NCBI RefSeq assembly: GCF_001194135.2 | Contig: NC_068993.1 | Span: 49,950,940-50,014,939, forward strand | Length of the DNA stretch: 64,000 nucleotides | Reading direction: 5' to 3' | DNA from: Octopus bimaculoides | Lineage: Eukaryota | In this document: positions 25,135-40,226 of the stretch, in pieces | Layout of the letters: each line of letters begins with the position of its first letter | How positions within the stretch are numbered: position 1 is the first letter of the stretch | The notes under the pieces: model-generated | What the model saw: only the letters and a program-made list of their open reading frames with translations | What the model was told of the DNA's origin: nothing | Databases searched by the model: none | Made by a program: the position numbers and the translations under genes

Positions 25135-26399
25135 NNNNNNNNNNNNNNNNNNNNNNNNNNNNNNNNNNNNNNNNNNNNNNNNNNNNNNNNNNNNNNNNNN
25201 NNNNNNNNNNNNNNNNNNNNNNNNNNNNNNNNNNNNNNNNNNNNNNNNNNNNNNNNNNNNNNNNNNNNNNNNNNNNNNNNNNNNNNNNNNNNNNNNNNNN
25301 NNNNNNNNNNNNNNNNNNNNNNNNNNNNNNNNNNNNNNNNNNNNNNNNNNNNNNNNNNNNNNNNNNNNNNNNNNNNNNNNNNNNNNNNNNNNNNNNNNNN
25401 NNNNNNNNNNNNNNNNNNNNNNNNNNNNNNNNNNNNNNNNNNNNNNNNNNNNNNNNNNNNNNNNNNNNNNNNNNNNNNNNNNNNNNNNNNNNNNNNNNNN
25501 NNNNNNNNNNNNNNNNNNNNNNNNNNNNNNNNNNNNNNNNNNNNNNNNNNNNNNNNNNNNNNNNNNNNNNNNNNNNNNNNNNNNNNNNNNNNNNNNNNNN
25601 NNNNNNNNNNNNNNNNNNNNNNNNNNNNNNNNNNNNNNNNNNNNNNNNNNNNNATATATATATATATATAACTGGAATTGAATTACCAAGTTTAATGCAA
25701 TAACAAGCGAAGAAATGCTTCAAAAGCATGACACTGTTTAAAGTAAATATATAACTTGTTTGTTTGCACATTTATAGTTAATTTCTATTGTTTGTGTTTC
25801 CAAAAGAAACCGAAATTGAAACAAAAATCAGAAAGAGGCAAATAAAATCTAAAAGAAGACAATATTTCATTTACATTATTAAATCTGGCCTTCTGCACAC
25901 AGATTCTGGTATTGCAGGTTGCCAAAAAAGACCAATTAAACATACACACACAAATACACACCTGGTGGGGTTGGTTGTTAAACAGGCAATTAGGGAAGCA
26001 TTATTCCTATGTTTGAAAGAAAATATATGAAGCTGGCCATCAAAAGGCATTATCTGCTTTCTGGAAAAGAAAATAGGCAATTGTTTGTTACTTTCATTGT
26101 GTGGTTGGTCAAATATTTGAAACAGGCCTCTGGGTAAATATTTGTGTGTTCCATGTGTGTTGGTCAACTAATTAGCATTGCCTCTTGTCATAAGTATAAG
26201 ACAGCATTCATACATCAATACCATGCTAAATGCTACCCTGTCTATATGTATGTACGCAGGTAATGTATCTAGGTATATATGTCTGTATGTATGCATGTGT
26301 TCATACATGTGTATGTATGTGCTACATTCTTCTGCTTGATGAACTTCAGAGCAAATAGTTTGAAAAGTGTGCAAGTGCAACTTTAGCTTCTACATTTAC

Positions 26400-26436
<37 letters not shown>

Positions 26437-27684
26437 TAAGCTGTTTGTAATATTGGAGTATAGCGTATAAATACTAGGAAGAGAATATCACATGCATGTA
26501 ATAACATCAATGAAGCAACTTTAATATTATTCATTGGTCCAAGACAGTTGGTGGTATTGTTGCTTGGCCCAAGGTCAGCCTTATTGGACATGCCTACAAT
26601 CGCAAGCATTCCATCAAGGACCGCCCCCCCCCCCATCATTTATTCAGATGTACCACATAAACCAATGTGTTCTTCTTACCTTAAGTTGGCTATATGTGTG
26701 ATTTGAGGAAAATTTGGTTGCTATTTCCAGCTGGTCTTTCAACTGCATAAAGAGTGACTTGGCTCAAAACATACTTAAAGAAACTATAAAGAAATTCAGT
26801 TTTGTTTCCCTGTTATATCCTGAGTTCAAATTCATCTCAGTTGTACTTTGCTATACCTCACCTGCTGCTATTATTACTATTATTGTTGTATAATTGGTTT
26901 TCTACCCTTATAAGGAATCAATATTTATTGTTCTATGTAAAGTTAAAGATTTTGTTGGTCATTAGCAAGGTGATCAGTTACAGTGAATAGAAGCTTAACA
27001 GGTTATGTTTACTTGTGAATATATTTTTTAATGTCTTTAGACTGTAGCTTTGCTAGGGTACTGTAGTCAAAAGTTTTAGTTAATTATATCAGCGTAGTAA
27101 TCTTTCTGGTAATTATTTCTCAAATGATTAGGTCTGTCTTTATTGAAGGCACCTGGCCCCTATGGCCAAGTTGTTCAGCTCATCGTCATAATCTTCCGGG
27201 TTCAATTCCTGAACTGGTAGAGCACTGCATCCTTGAGCAAGGCACTTCATTTCAAGTTGCGCCAACCTGCCTGGTTGTAAATGAGTACTTGCTAAGTATT
27301 GGTGCAGTTCTCCCACTCTCCTTATAGCTATCATATCCTGCATGTGCAGCTTAGTTGCAGGGTGGGAGAGTTGAGAGGTTGACAATGTCTGTTTGCCACC
27401 ACAGAGGCACCCAAAACAATTAGCAGAAGCATGGTACATGCCAAGCCATACATGCCAAACCATACTCATTTGCCTGTGACAGTTGACTCTTCAGGTCTAT
27501 CTTTACTATATTAGGACACAATCTAGTAAGAGACTTGTGTTCCTGTCACAGGATGCAACCTCTCAAGGCACACCTGACTGACACATAGAAAATATATTTA
27601 CATATATCATCATCTTCATCATAATTTTTACATCCATTTTCCATGTTGTCATGGGTTGAATGCAATGTATTGAGGCTGTAGTAT

Positions 27685-27832
27685 ATGGCCAGATATCCTT
27701 CCTTCACAAAACTGTGTTTGCTTTTCATCTTTATATTCCAATGGTCATCACACATTGAAACCACTGAGCTCCAAGATGCATTGTTTACAGGAAATATAAG
27801 CACTGCCACTATTTTCGCCCACATAGAAACAG
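27685..27832 (+). CDS. Candidate first exon with a signal-peptide-like start (MARYPSFTKLCLLFIFIFQWSSHIET...)
   Basis: Basic n-region then a hydrophobic core; phase-1 donor CAG|GTACAA (weak). A strongly bounded 29-nt exon-like segment follows at 28076-28104. No homology recognised. Confidence 0.15.
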
Positions 27833-28612
27833 GTACAACACACACACACACACACACACATTCACACACACATATATGCACATCCACTGTAGGTTTTCCC
27901 ATGGTTTTTTTTCTTTTGTTTTATATTTTTTTCTACAAATTTCCATCATAAGGCATTGGTGAACTTGAGATTATGATAGAAGATGCTCTCAAAAGGTTTT
28001 GTGCTGCAAAATGGATCCTGAATCCACATGTTTTGTCCCTTCACCATTTAACAGGTTTTGTCTTTCATTTTGCAGAGCATCCAAAAAACCACTGTCCTCT
28101 CCAAGTGAGCTTGTCAGTTAAGTTGTTAATGCTCCAATCATGTACAGGTTGCACCGACTTACATGGTTAGCTTATACATACATATACATGCATGTATCCA
28201 TGTATGTGGTAAACATCCATGCATGCATGCATATACATGTTGTACCGACTTACACAGTTCCAATATACATGCATGTCTGTGGTAATCATGCATATGTATA
28301 CACACATGTTTATCTGAATTCCTATTTTTGAAATGATATACCAACATATTTCCTCAAGCACAAACTTACATGCAATTGAAGTCAAGCACATAGACATAAA
28401 TATATGCATACCTACCTACACACACACACACACACACACACATGTAAACACAAACTGCATTTATGAATCATTGTCATATATACCTGCAATTATACACCCA
28501 CACACACTGAAGATGTCTGGATAAATTTCAAATAATGAGGAAGAATCTAGTAGTAAATGTGTAATAACATATCAGAGAAGTTCTCAGTTACCAATTTCTT
28601 CAAGGGCAGTTT

Positions 28613-28663
<51 letters not shown>

Positions 28664-29731
28664 GTACAATATTTTAAAGTTGAATGTTCTGTATTTTGAT
28701 ATGAAACTTTTTCTTTCTCAGTTGTTTTTGGTGTTTATTTTTTTAAGAAAGTTTGTAATGTTATTTTTATGCAGTGGTTGTCTGTATGGTTGTGTTTGTG
28801 TGCATGTGTATGGTTTCTGCTGTGTGTTTATGAGTATGTATGTGCATATTTGTATATGTATATATGCATGCTTCTTTCTGTGTATATATGTATTTATATA
28901 AAATATACATGTGTTTGTATGTGTATAAATATGTATGTATGGAATTAAGTTTATGAAATATGTATCTACTGAAGTAAATATATTTGATATGAATGTATTT
29001 ATGCCTGTATGTATGTATCTATGTATGTATATATATATGATGGTCATAAGTATATATGTCTGTACTTATGTACGAAATGGTTATAAATGTGTTTATTTGT
29101 GCATGTGCAATATGAGTGTGTATAGAAATATGTTTATGTGTATACACACTATACACACATATGAGGCTTCAATTTAATTCTTTTAGATATATGCTAAAGA
29201 TTTCTGAAGATAAATATCTTGGTTTTCTTGCTTTTTAATGTAGGGTGTTAGAATTCAATTTCAAAATATGGATTTGTTCATGTGGTGATGGGATGGGTGA
29301 GGAGGAATAGAAAAAAAAAAAATTACACACACATGCAAATTCACATATGTAATCTTTGTTGTCTATTACATATATATTTATACACACACACACACACACA
29401 CACATACACATACACATAACTATATATATATAATTATATATATTTAGATCTCTCTTTTTCCCTATCTTACTATCTGTCTTGCTATATACCTGCATATCTA
29501 ATCTCTTTCTCACTCTCTCTCTTTCTATGCATTTGCCTTTATGTGCGTGTGCCTATCTATGACTGCCTTCCTATCTATCCATCTATCTATCTATCTGTCT
29601 GTGTGTATACATATATATAGAGATAGATAGAAATACACACACACATGTATATATCTGTGTATGTATATAAAGATATATATATATATATAGATATCTACAC
29701 ACACACATATAAACACACACACACACGCACG

Positions 29732-29767
<36 letters not shown>

Positions 29768-29882
29768 CACACGTGTGTGTGTATGTGTGTATACAACTCG
29801 GGTTCCTTTTGAAAAGTTATATTTTTTATTGTTGCACAACAATGTGGCTACTCTAAAGAGCTGTTACTTCAGTACATACCAC

Positions 29883-29921
<39 letters not shown>

Positions 29922-32019
29922 GTACGTACACACATACACGCGTACGTACACACATACACGCGTACGTACACACACACACACACACAAACACACTATCAAT
30001 CAGTTACTACATTTGCTACCTTAGTTCGTTTGTATTTCTTTTTTTGCATTTATTCTGTTTGTTTTAGTTTTAGAGCCAAGGAAAGAAAATTAGGAGGATA
30101 AAAAGCTATAATAATAGCAGCAACAACAACAACAACAACAACAACAATATCGATAATACTGATTTTGAAGACGGTGGAAGTAGTAGTAGTAGTAGTAGTA
30201 GTAGCAGTAGTAGTGGTTGTGGTGGTGGAATCACTAAAGAATTAATGGAAGAAAGTGATATTGAAATATCTAATATTTGTGTATATGTTTTATACACACA
30301 CACAGATATATATGTACATATGCATATACAAATATATATCATATACATATGCATAAACACACACACACACATATATATATATATACACTCACACATGAAT
30401 ACACACATATGTATCTGTCATTCATATATATATGTGTGTGTGTGTGTATACATATATATATTTATACACACACACACACCTACACATATATAATATATAC
30501 ACATAGATACCTACACTGACATACACATATACATATCTACACATGCACACACACACATAATTATTTTTTCCTTTTGCGTTTGGGTTTTTGTTTTCATATA
30601 AAATCTTGTGTAAATAGACTTCTTTTATTAGATTTTATTAACTGTTGTTTTCAATATTATTTATTGGCTGTTAAACAGATAAAGAGTTGGAAAAACTTAG
30701 TGTATATATATATGTATATGTGTGTATGTGTGTGTGTGTTAGTGCATATATATTTGGATGTGTGATTGCTTACGTATGTATTGGTTTCAGCTAGATACAA
30801 ATTTATTGTCACAAGAAAGCAAAGTAAACGAAGACATGATCTGACGTTGGGTGGAATGGCTCTAAATTTTCACAAAACTCGATAACTATCTTTAAAGTAC
30901 TGTGTGGTACGTGGAGTAGAGTGGTCTATCTATAATGATGGCTTAATGGTGAAGATGTTGTATAAATTTCTTCATTCCTTACTATAAATCTGGGCTTTAC
31001 AGATATCCAGTTGTTACCTGCAATCTATATTTTACTATTTTCTACAATTAATACAATTCTATTTCTTTCACATTCTTTTTTTTTACTCTCCCTGCAATAA
31101 ACATTTTAACTGCTGTTAGAAATACTGATGTAATGATGATATGATTTGCTGTTGTTGTTGTCATCAGAAAGACCCTTGTATACCTGTTATGAAAATGGGT
31201 TTTGGGATCCAGGGGTATGGTTAGGTCAGTGAGGTTGTCATTGCAAAGGATGGTGGTGGGGTTAGATGTTATAAAACCCTTTCCTGTGAGCTGAAAAGTA
31301 GAACACCATCTCCCTGTTTACCCACCACCACCACCACCCACTACCCCACCACCACCACCACCACTACACCATTATTTCAATTATTGCAGCCATTAAAGAT
31401 ATTATGTCAACAAGCTAAAAAGATGGTCTATTTAAACAAATAAATATTGATGACTGTTGTGGAGTTTAGACATATCAAGTTTCACTGTTGAAAGGTTAAA
31501 TATTTAGCACTAAATATGATTTCTGTTGTAAAAATCTTTCCATCAATTAGTATAATAATTAATCTAGCCTCATGTGTTTTGATATGCAACACAAAACTTC
31601 CCACAACATTCTTAAAGAATATACTCTGGAGTTGTTCCTTGGTACTTCTTTCTTTCAAGCAGGGATGAAACCCAGCATTGACTTCAACAGGTCCTGCACA
31701 GACTCTTGGACATTACCTCATACTAATGCGGTGATGAGGTATGGGTTTATGGTGGAGAAATTAGAGGTGGGAACAGAAATACCTTCAAATAACTTGTAAT
31801 ATTCATTTAAGTTCTTTTCACCTTGAATCCAAATCCTGCCAGGTCAATTTCTCTCTCTCTTCAAAATCCAGCCTTGTCAAAAAGTGTCCTGCTGATTCAA
31901 CCTCTAAATTATCTGAAGGATGCATGTCTGTGGAATACTCAGCCACTTATATGCTGATTTCAAAATCGGGAGTACAACTGGTCTAACAACTGAATATTTT
32001 TAGTAAAAGCCAGTGGAGT

Positions 32020-32490
32020 AGTATCTACCAGTTGTAATAGTGACAGTAATTATGGTAGGGTACCAGTTATAACAGTGGCAATATCTGTTGCAGTACGAGT
32101 ATTCATGGTGGTGGTACTAGTTTTATAGTCGTGGTATTATGATGATGGTAACAGTTACCGTGGGGACAGGAATTATAGTAATGATGTTTGTGTTGATAGT
32201 TAAGGTGGTAACATTTATAGAAGTGGTAACAGTTGTAGTGATGGTAATAGTAGTAGTAGCAATAGTTATAATAGTAGTATTTATAGTAGTGGTACCTGTT
32301 GTATAGTCATGGTATTCATAGTGGTGGTACCAGTTGTATAGTTGAGGTAGCAGTTATGATGGTGATAGCGATTATGGTTGGCATTTATGGTGATGTAGGG
32401 GGGGGGGTCATAGTTTTAGTAGTGCTAACAGTGGTGGCTGCAGTTGTAATGGTGATATTTATGGTGGTAGTAACAGTTATAGCAACAACA
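32020..32490. repeat. Cryptically simple GTA/GTG/GAT-rich block
   Basis: Degenerate (gta/gtg/ata)n with recurring ggtaccagtt. Confidence 0.7.
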
Positions 32491-32610
32491 AAGGTACATA
32501 CAACATTCTGGTTCCAATATTAATTGACAGAAATGATACCTTGTACCATTTTATTGTTTGAGATAAAATTGAATGTATATAGATGTATATATATATACAA
32601 GTACGTGTGC

Positions 32611-32660
<50 letters not shown>

Positions 32661-33477
32661 ATACACACACACACACATATGCATACTAACAGACATACAT
32701 ATATACATATATGTGCATATATGTATACACATTATAAACACACAGCCATTTATATTATTTAATATTTGTACACAATATCATATTAATATATTCTCGTTTA
32801 TTTAACTAGAGTTTATATAATGGCAGGAGAGATCAATACATCGCTGATATCACACTGCCATTATCAGGACGAATTAGCTTAGAACCATGAAAATATATGA
32901 TATAAACTGATTAGGCTTTCGTAAGCAATTTCCACTTTCATATACACCTAGCTTATTTCTGTTTCTTTTTGCGTTCTTTCATTTTGTCTTACTACCTTTT
33001 ATTCCTTCTTCTTTTCCTTGTTATTATTTTCAAATTTCATTTCTTGTTTTTATTTCTTTTTCCTTTCTTTATATTTTTATCATATTACCATTTACTCACC
33101 ATTTACATGGTAATTTGCTGAGATGGTAGAGCAAAGACTGGCATACAGATATATAGTCATATAGTTATACCACTAGGTTTATATCACACCATGGTTACAT
33201 TGGCCTTTCAAGTACAGGTTTGATTTGCTCAACGAGGTACCCTGTCCCCAAAATTTGAGGCCCTTTTTCTATATTGTTTTCTCTCTCCCTGACTTACTTC
33301 TGATTCTCATTAACCTTTGTTAGATTTTCTTTCTGTATCACACACAACTTTCTCTTATTATTCTTTTTTTCTTTCTCTCTTTCTTCTCTTTCATTCAAAT
33401 ACTGAAGTTTAAATCTAGAACATGTGCAAAAATATAAACCTTGTTTGGACTCCATTTTTGGGGAGGAAAGATCTTGC

Positions 33478-33526
<49 letters not shown>

Positions 33527-33544
33527 TATCCTACTGTTTAGAAT

Positions 33545-33670
33545 ATGTGCTGACAGAAGCAAGTAAAACGCTTGGCATCAAGTAGGGTACCTGGCCATAA
33601 AACACTACTACAAAATGTCCCATCCAATCCATGCTAGCATGGAAAAGTGGATACGGACACGACTATGATG
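33545..33670 (+). mobile_element. Short decayed RTE-type 3' tail
   Basis: ccaatccatgctagcatggaaaagtgga...atgatga matches the 3' end of the 12366-12797 element. Confidence 0.6.
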
Positions 33671-36600
33671 ATATATCAATTTTGTCAATGGCATCTGTGT
33701 GCCTGTTTGTCTGCCATTCTCTAAGAGTGAAACCATATAACTATATAGCTTTTCAAACTGGGAGGGTTGAACAAAAACGTTAGCTACAACAGTGAAACAT
33801 ATGGTAATATAACAGTGGTTGTTGAAAGTTAACAGCAAGCCAGATGGTCGCTGCTATCATCATCAGCCTGTTAATGTTATCATCTATGTTTCAGTGGGGC
33901 CAAAGAAAGATAGCATTTTGCATTTGGTAAAACAGACCACCATTGGAGTTGTGTTGTGGTGTAGTAAAAGTTTTCTATAGACCAAAATATGCAGGCAAAA
34001 TGTGTGTCACTAGTGGCATATAAGTACACATACATATGCTCGTGTGAATGCACACACACACACACACACACAAAGTTCATGTGCATGCTGTTGCTTATAG
34101 ATGCATGAACAATGTCAACTCTATACAGAAATCGTTTACACATGCTAATATGCATATGTGTGTGTATATATACATATACATATATGTATGTGTGTATATG
34201 TATATACATATACATGTATAAATGCATCTATGCATCTTTGTAAAACACTTAATAAAGGACAGGTTTATTTATAAATTAGCAAATCATGAGCTACTCGTGT
34301 ATATGTACACATTTCTATTATAAACACCACAGATAACATTCTCGCTCTCTCTCTTTCTTTCTCTCTCCCACTCTCTTTCTCACGCACACATGTAAAAGCA
34401 AAATTAGTTTACGCTCTTACAGTAGATATAAGTTCATTCATAAGTTCATTTATGTACCACATACATTAACATGCTCACACACACACACTGAAAGAAAAAA
34501 TACAAAGATTCAAAATGATGAACAAACCAGCATTTTTATATACAAGAATGAAGCAGACGTGGCTATTTTAAAGGTTATTTTATTTTATTTCGTTTCTGTT
34601 TTATGTTATGGTTTATTCGATAATAAGGGGCACTGCCCACAACCTTTGCAGGCCCTTTGAGACATGTGACATTGATATGGTTGATGTTCAGCTTGAAACA
34701 TCTGTAAACCGATCTGCACATCCAGTTTACTAAGTTACTTACATGTATGAATGTATGTATTTGTGTGTGCATGTGTGTGCATGTGTGTGTATGCATGCAC
34801 ATGTGTGTGTGTGTCTGTGCATACACATTCTCTTTTAATATAGATAAAGACACCACAGAGTAGAGAAGCTTTTCAAAATATTTATTGAGATGTTGTATAC
34901 TAACATTAGCTGGAATGTTTGTGGTTGAAGGAGAGTTTTGTTTGTGTGTGTATGTGTGTCTATGGGTATTTATGTGTTCTGTATGTCAGTGAAGTGAATA
35001 ATTAGGTTTTCTATCAGTGGTTGACTAGTTTTATGGACAAATAGGTTTTGGTACATTAATGCCCTTACCCAAAGGCATTACCAGTGTAAGCGAAATAGCC
35101 ATGACCAAGAACTGAAACTCAATTGAGGGCTTCCCTCCTATGCTATGACAGTTGCTTCCTATGAACATTAGAGCAGGAAAATGTGAGATAATCATGTGAA
35201 TGGATGACAGAATCTGTACAGCATCAACCACAGTAATTCCCTATGTCATGAGTTCAAATTCTACCAAGGTCTAATTTTCTTATTTGTCCTCCTAAGTTCA
35301 GTAGATTAAGTACATGATCAATGTAATTGATGCAGCCCCCTGAAGGTAGTGCTCTAGTATGATTGTGGCCTATTGACTGAAACGAGTAAAAGATTAAAAG
35401 AATACTCAGAGGTGAGGATACCCTTTAGATATTAAAACTACTGCTAGATGGACTGGTCCAGTGAATTTTGTGTGTTAGAAGTAGCAAGGATTTGATATGA
35501 GCCATCAGCATTTGTTCCACCTGCTAAGTTAGCAATGTAAACACTCAAAATAGATTTTGTGGCTTTTTATAGTAAATAACCTTCCTTTGATTTTAACAGC
35601 CTAATCCCAGTGTGTGTTCATGACATGTACCAGTATTTGTCTGTGTGTTTTCATGGTATGTGAGTGTTTGATGTATTATATCTAGTTTATATATGTACAG
35701 GGTGGGTCATAAATTGCATGAGGGTTTAAAAAAAAAATCAATAAATTTGTTTCTGTAATAAACACAATTGGAAAAAGAAATATTGAATTTTTCAACAACT
35801 ATAGTTCTTGCTGTAACTATGTAGACTTGGTTTGATGGCAACTTACCATTTACACTATGTGTATGTATATATGTTGGGATTCAAGCATACCTATGTGCTC
35901 CTCTGTGTGCATATAAATGTCATGCACACACACACACACACATGCACATATATTGATATAAGCTCATACACATACATAGCAGACATAGGTGCATGTATAA
36001 GTTTGTGTGGGTATGCATTTATAAATATGTTAATAAATGTATTTAATGTTTGCCCATGTATATGTGTACATATTATGTGCATACACAGATATAAAATAGA
36101 TGAACATGTTATATATATGTGCATATTTCTCATAGTTAGCTGTTGAATTAATCTGTTGCCTAGTTTTGATATCACCACCTGATCCTTGGGTGCCTTCATC
36201 GGAATCTACATTGATGCAAGCATTCAGTTCAAGTCCCTGGTCTGTTAGGGTTACTTCTTCCCTTCAGTCTTGGAGAACCTAAAAGAAAAGTAATGGATGG
36301 CCAGTGTCCTTCTTGCTCTGAATGACCATTAAAAACCTGCTTAAATTGTCAACTAGTATTAGTACATTTACACACTTGATGACAAAGGGAAATAACAACT
36401 TGGTCATGAAACAGTGTTTTCCACCAATTAGTTATAATGTAATTAAGATAAATTCGTTATAACAATATTATAAAGAAAAAAACACAGCAAGACAGATTTC
36501 TTACAAGTGCCACCCTTCATTTGTATATATGAGGAGAAATAAGATATATTTTTATTAATTCTGGGCTACTATCCACTGTTTTTTAATTATTCAGTCTTAG

Positions 36601-37444
36601 GCAGCCAGTTTATTGGTTGAAAACCTACTTGACAGCATCTGGAATTGAAGACATGAAAACTTCACCTTTTAAAATATTCACTTTTAAATTAAAACCTTGC
36701 ATCATAAATTTATGCATGAAGTTTCTTGTTAAGTTTGTTTTAAGCCCAAAATGTCAAGTTATTTTATGAGACAAGCTTTTTCTCTGTCACATAACTCATA
36801 TTTAGGGTCTGTCTGTTTGAGATAGTGCTATTAAAAGGAAGAAGGTAAGGAGCACTCTGTCCCTCAATTCAAATTCTATGTTCATTCCTTCACTTGACAA
36901 AACACATAAGTTCATGGGTGCATGTTATTACTGTTGGGCAAAGAAAGCAGTGCATTTGCCTGCATTACCATTGTTGTTGTTTGCCAAATAGCGCTGAATG
37001 TCTTTGTCAGTGTTTGTGTTTTTTCCCCCCGAAATTCTTTTTTTTTATTTTCATTTCTTCTTGTAAAATATTTGCATTTTGGCCTGTGATTAAATTGGCT
37101 TTTTTTTTTTAAATTGTATTTGCTTCCTGTGTTTTATTCAAATTTTCCTTCGTTTTTTTTTTTTTTTTTAAATTTTGGTGTAGATGTTGTCTCTCTTAGA
37201 TGAGTAATAGCTCTTCTTAGGTTGAACATAAAAACAAAAATTTATGTTGAAAAAGTCTGAAACTAACCAACCTTTTTGTATCTTTCCAAATAAGAGAATT
37301 ATTCTGATGTTTCAGAGAGGATCTCCAAAAGAAATATTTAAAAAGAGAAATGCTTTCTCTTTTCGTTGTGCTTGTTAAAATTACAATCCCACAGAGTAAC
37401 CAGTTGCACATTATTCCACATCAGACATTAATAATAATAATAAT

Positions 37445-37680
37445 AATCCTTTCTAAATAGGATCAAGGCTTAAAATTTTGGAGTGGAGTGGGGGTGGGGA
37501 GGCTAGTCAGTTACATCAATCCCAGTGTGTAAATGGTACTTAGTTTATCAACCCTGAATAAATGAAAGACAAAGTTGTTCTCAATGGGAGTTGAACTCAG
37601 AGCATAAAAAGAGCCACAAGGAATATCACAGGACATTGTTTTCTGAGGCTCTAACGATTCTGTCAATGCATCATCCTTGC
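37445..37680 (-). mobile_element. SINE family B copy
   Basis: Follows (AAT)n. Body tggtacttagtttatcaaccctg...gaaagacaaagtt...gttgaactcaga...aacgattctg. Confidence 0.7.
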
Positions 37681-38183
37681 AATAATAATGACCACAGGAG
37701 TAAAATTGCAACAACACCAACAGCAATAAATCATCCATTTCTTGTGAATTAGTAGCTAGCTGCTTATGTCAGTTTGGGGATAACGGAATGCTGCACTACT
37801 GAGAAGAGGCACAGAACTCTAACCTGCACCCTGTTCCATTCCTTAGTGCAAGCTATGTGGATGTAAGAGGGGATACTGTTCCTATGGGATATCCATTCAG
37901 CTATTCCTCCACCCCATCTTCACCACATATACACACACATCCGCATCTTATTTGAATCCATTCTCTACCCCCCTTCTATAACCATTTCTCGTATCCTTGA
38001 ACAGGATTTTGGCCTGTGGCCATGTTGGAGCACTGCATGATTTGTTGTGTGTCTCTTCTGTAAGAAATTACACATATCTATAATCTCAAGCTACATTTAT
38101 CATGGTCGATTGTCAGAGAAAAAGGAGAAATATTTTCTCATCAGAAAAATTCAGATTGTTTCATCGATATGCAGTGTCCACAA

Positions 38184-38249
<66 letters not shown>

Positions 38250-39195
38250 TGAGGAGACAATTCCACCAGGGACTGTGTTCATAATAGAAACTCCATGCTA
38301 ACTGACCACTGTGTTGGATTGTACTTTGAGAATTGTTGTTGTTATCACTAGAACCTTCAGCATCACCCTCCATCATCGTCCTCTGCAGCAGTGACACCAT
38401 TATTATCACTACTTTCATCATCATCAATCATTACCACCATTATCATCATCAGCATCATCACTGATACCATCATCATTGTCACACCCTCTCTGCCATCACC
38501 ATTCTCACAACCACCACCACCACCACCACCACTATCACACCACCCTCATCGTCGTCGTCGTCATCAGTGGTTGCTTAGGCAGTACTTCTGCATAGTTCAT
38601 TGATTTATCAGACAATAATTTGTGGACAGAATAAGCGTCAATTTATCAGTCATTCTGGTCTGTTCATTGATCTGTTAGACAGTATTTTGGAGACACAATG
38701 GGTTTGACCAGCATGTCTGGACAATATATAGATGAGGTGGGAATAGAATACAGAATTGGGTAAGAATTTTGGTCAGATGCTTTGATACTTCCTTCAGTTT
38801 TAAACCGATTCATATTTAACAAATTTTCTTATTTCATCATTATTTTTGATGTATTGTGTACATACAAGATTTGTAAAGCTTCTCCCTAATTCTCTCAACT
38901 TTCTTTCTGGTATAAAATGCAATTACTTAGAAAAGTATTTGTGTTAACTTAATAATAGTTAATTCTTGTTAAGGAGTGCTGATGTATTCTTTCTGTTCTG
39001 TTCTATGTGCAATTTAAAAAATTAATGTACATACTCTTTTACTAGTTAGAATTATTAGACTGTGGCCATGCCTTCAGGAGTTTTAGCCAGCCATGTCAGC
39101 ACCAGTACTTATTTTAGTTCAGTATTTATTTTACCAATATCTTTTTACTGAATGGTTAAGAGTCACCTTTTGACAGAGAAATGAAACAATGCATG

Positions 39196-39254
<59 letters not shown>

Positions 39255-39631
39255 CACCTCTCCTCCACCTTCTCTCTGTCTCTCTTACACAAAGGCTGAA
39301 CATAGTCAATCTGGCAATAAGGAATCCTGGACAATCCAAGCCCACAAATATGCTGGGCCACAAAACGTAAATCTAAGGGTAGCCCCCCACCCCCTATAAG
39401 TGTAGTGTTATCTTTTCATTACACACACACATATACATACATTATATATACATATATATATATGAGTATGTGGGTGTGTGCTAATGATTTCTCAAAGATA
39501 GGACACAACTTTGAAACAAGAAATTACATAACTAATACTGATTCCAAACATGCCAGACCATGGGGAGTCAGATTAGGAGGTCCAAATTGTATGTACGTCT
39601 ATGTGTGTGTGTGTTCCTTTTTGGATATATG

Positions 39632-39679
<48 letters not shown>

Positions 39680-40089
39680 TATATCCCAAAAAGAACACTC
39701 TAAATCGTAGTGCAATAATGTATTTATATGTAGTTGAGTCTATGCCATAGAATGACCAGTGGTTTTGCATCTACAAAGGGCTTAGCCCTGTGGACAGCTT
39801 GTCAGACTCTAAAGCCAAAGACAAATGTAACTTTCAACTCTGGGTGGCAGGGATCTGTCACAGTCATTTGGTCAGTAAGTCACCAAAGGATAAATATTCC
39901 AGGATCAGTGAGGACAGGTTATTTCCCTTAGATCAGTTATTCTGGTCTAAGAGGAGGAACAGGGGATTTTTTCCTTGGGCTGTTATGCCTAGATTTTTTC
40001 CTGACTGTTATGCCTAGAGTATAGATATATAGCGCCCGCTTGTTGGATTTTTGTTTTCAGGCAAGATAATCAAACGCATCAAGCAGCGA

Positions 40090-40226
40090 CCATAAATCTA
40101 TGTCGCATCACCAGTAATGATAGTCTTCATGAAGCCCGGGTCATGTTTTTCACATTCTAACATGTCCTGAGCAATTTCCATGTGGAGCTACTTCTGCTGG
40201 GGATGAATTTTTGAACACACCTCATA
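40090..40226 (-). mobile_element. Internally deleted mariner (DD34D-type) relic
   Basis: The minus strand reads TA + TGAGGTGTGTTCAAAAA (mariner-like TIR start) and then PQQK*LHMEIAQDMLECEKHDPGFMKTIITGDAT*IYG. This matches the mariner ...FLKxIITGDETWVY motif around the first catalytic Asp, with in-frame stops. Confidence 0.8.

Noticed and set aside
26679-26750. Strong minus-strand donor AAG|GTAAGA with a nearby acceptor
   Set aside because: The intervening sequence is family G repeat, and the frame I traced from the acceptor hits a stop.
32817-32864. Small hairpin whose minus-strand arm starts TGGCAGTGTG, as miR-34 does
   Set aside because: Only 10 bp are perfectly paired and the hairpin is about 48 nt. 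A 22-nt mature sequence would run through the loop, and similarity to miR-34 ends after 10 nt.
35696-35713. TA-CAGGGTGGGTCATAAA, resembling a Tc1/mariner TIR start
   Set aside because: No matching second TIR or transposase similarity was found.
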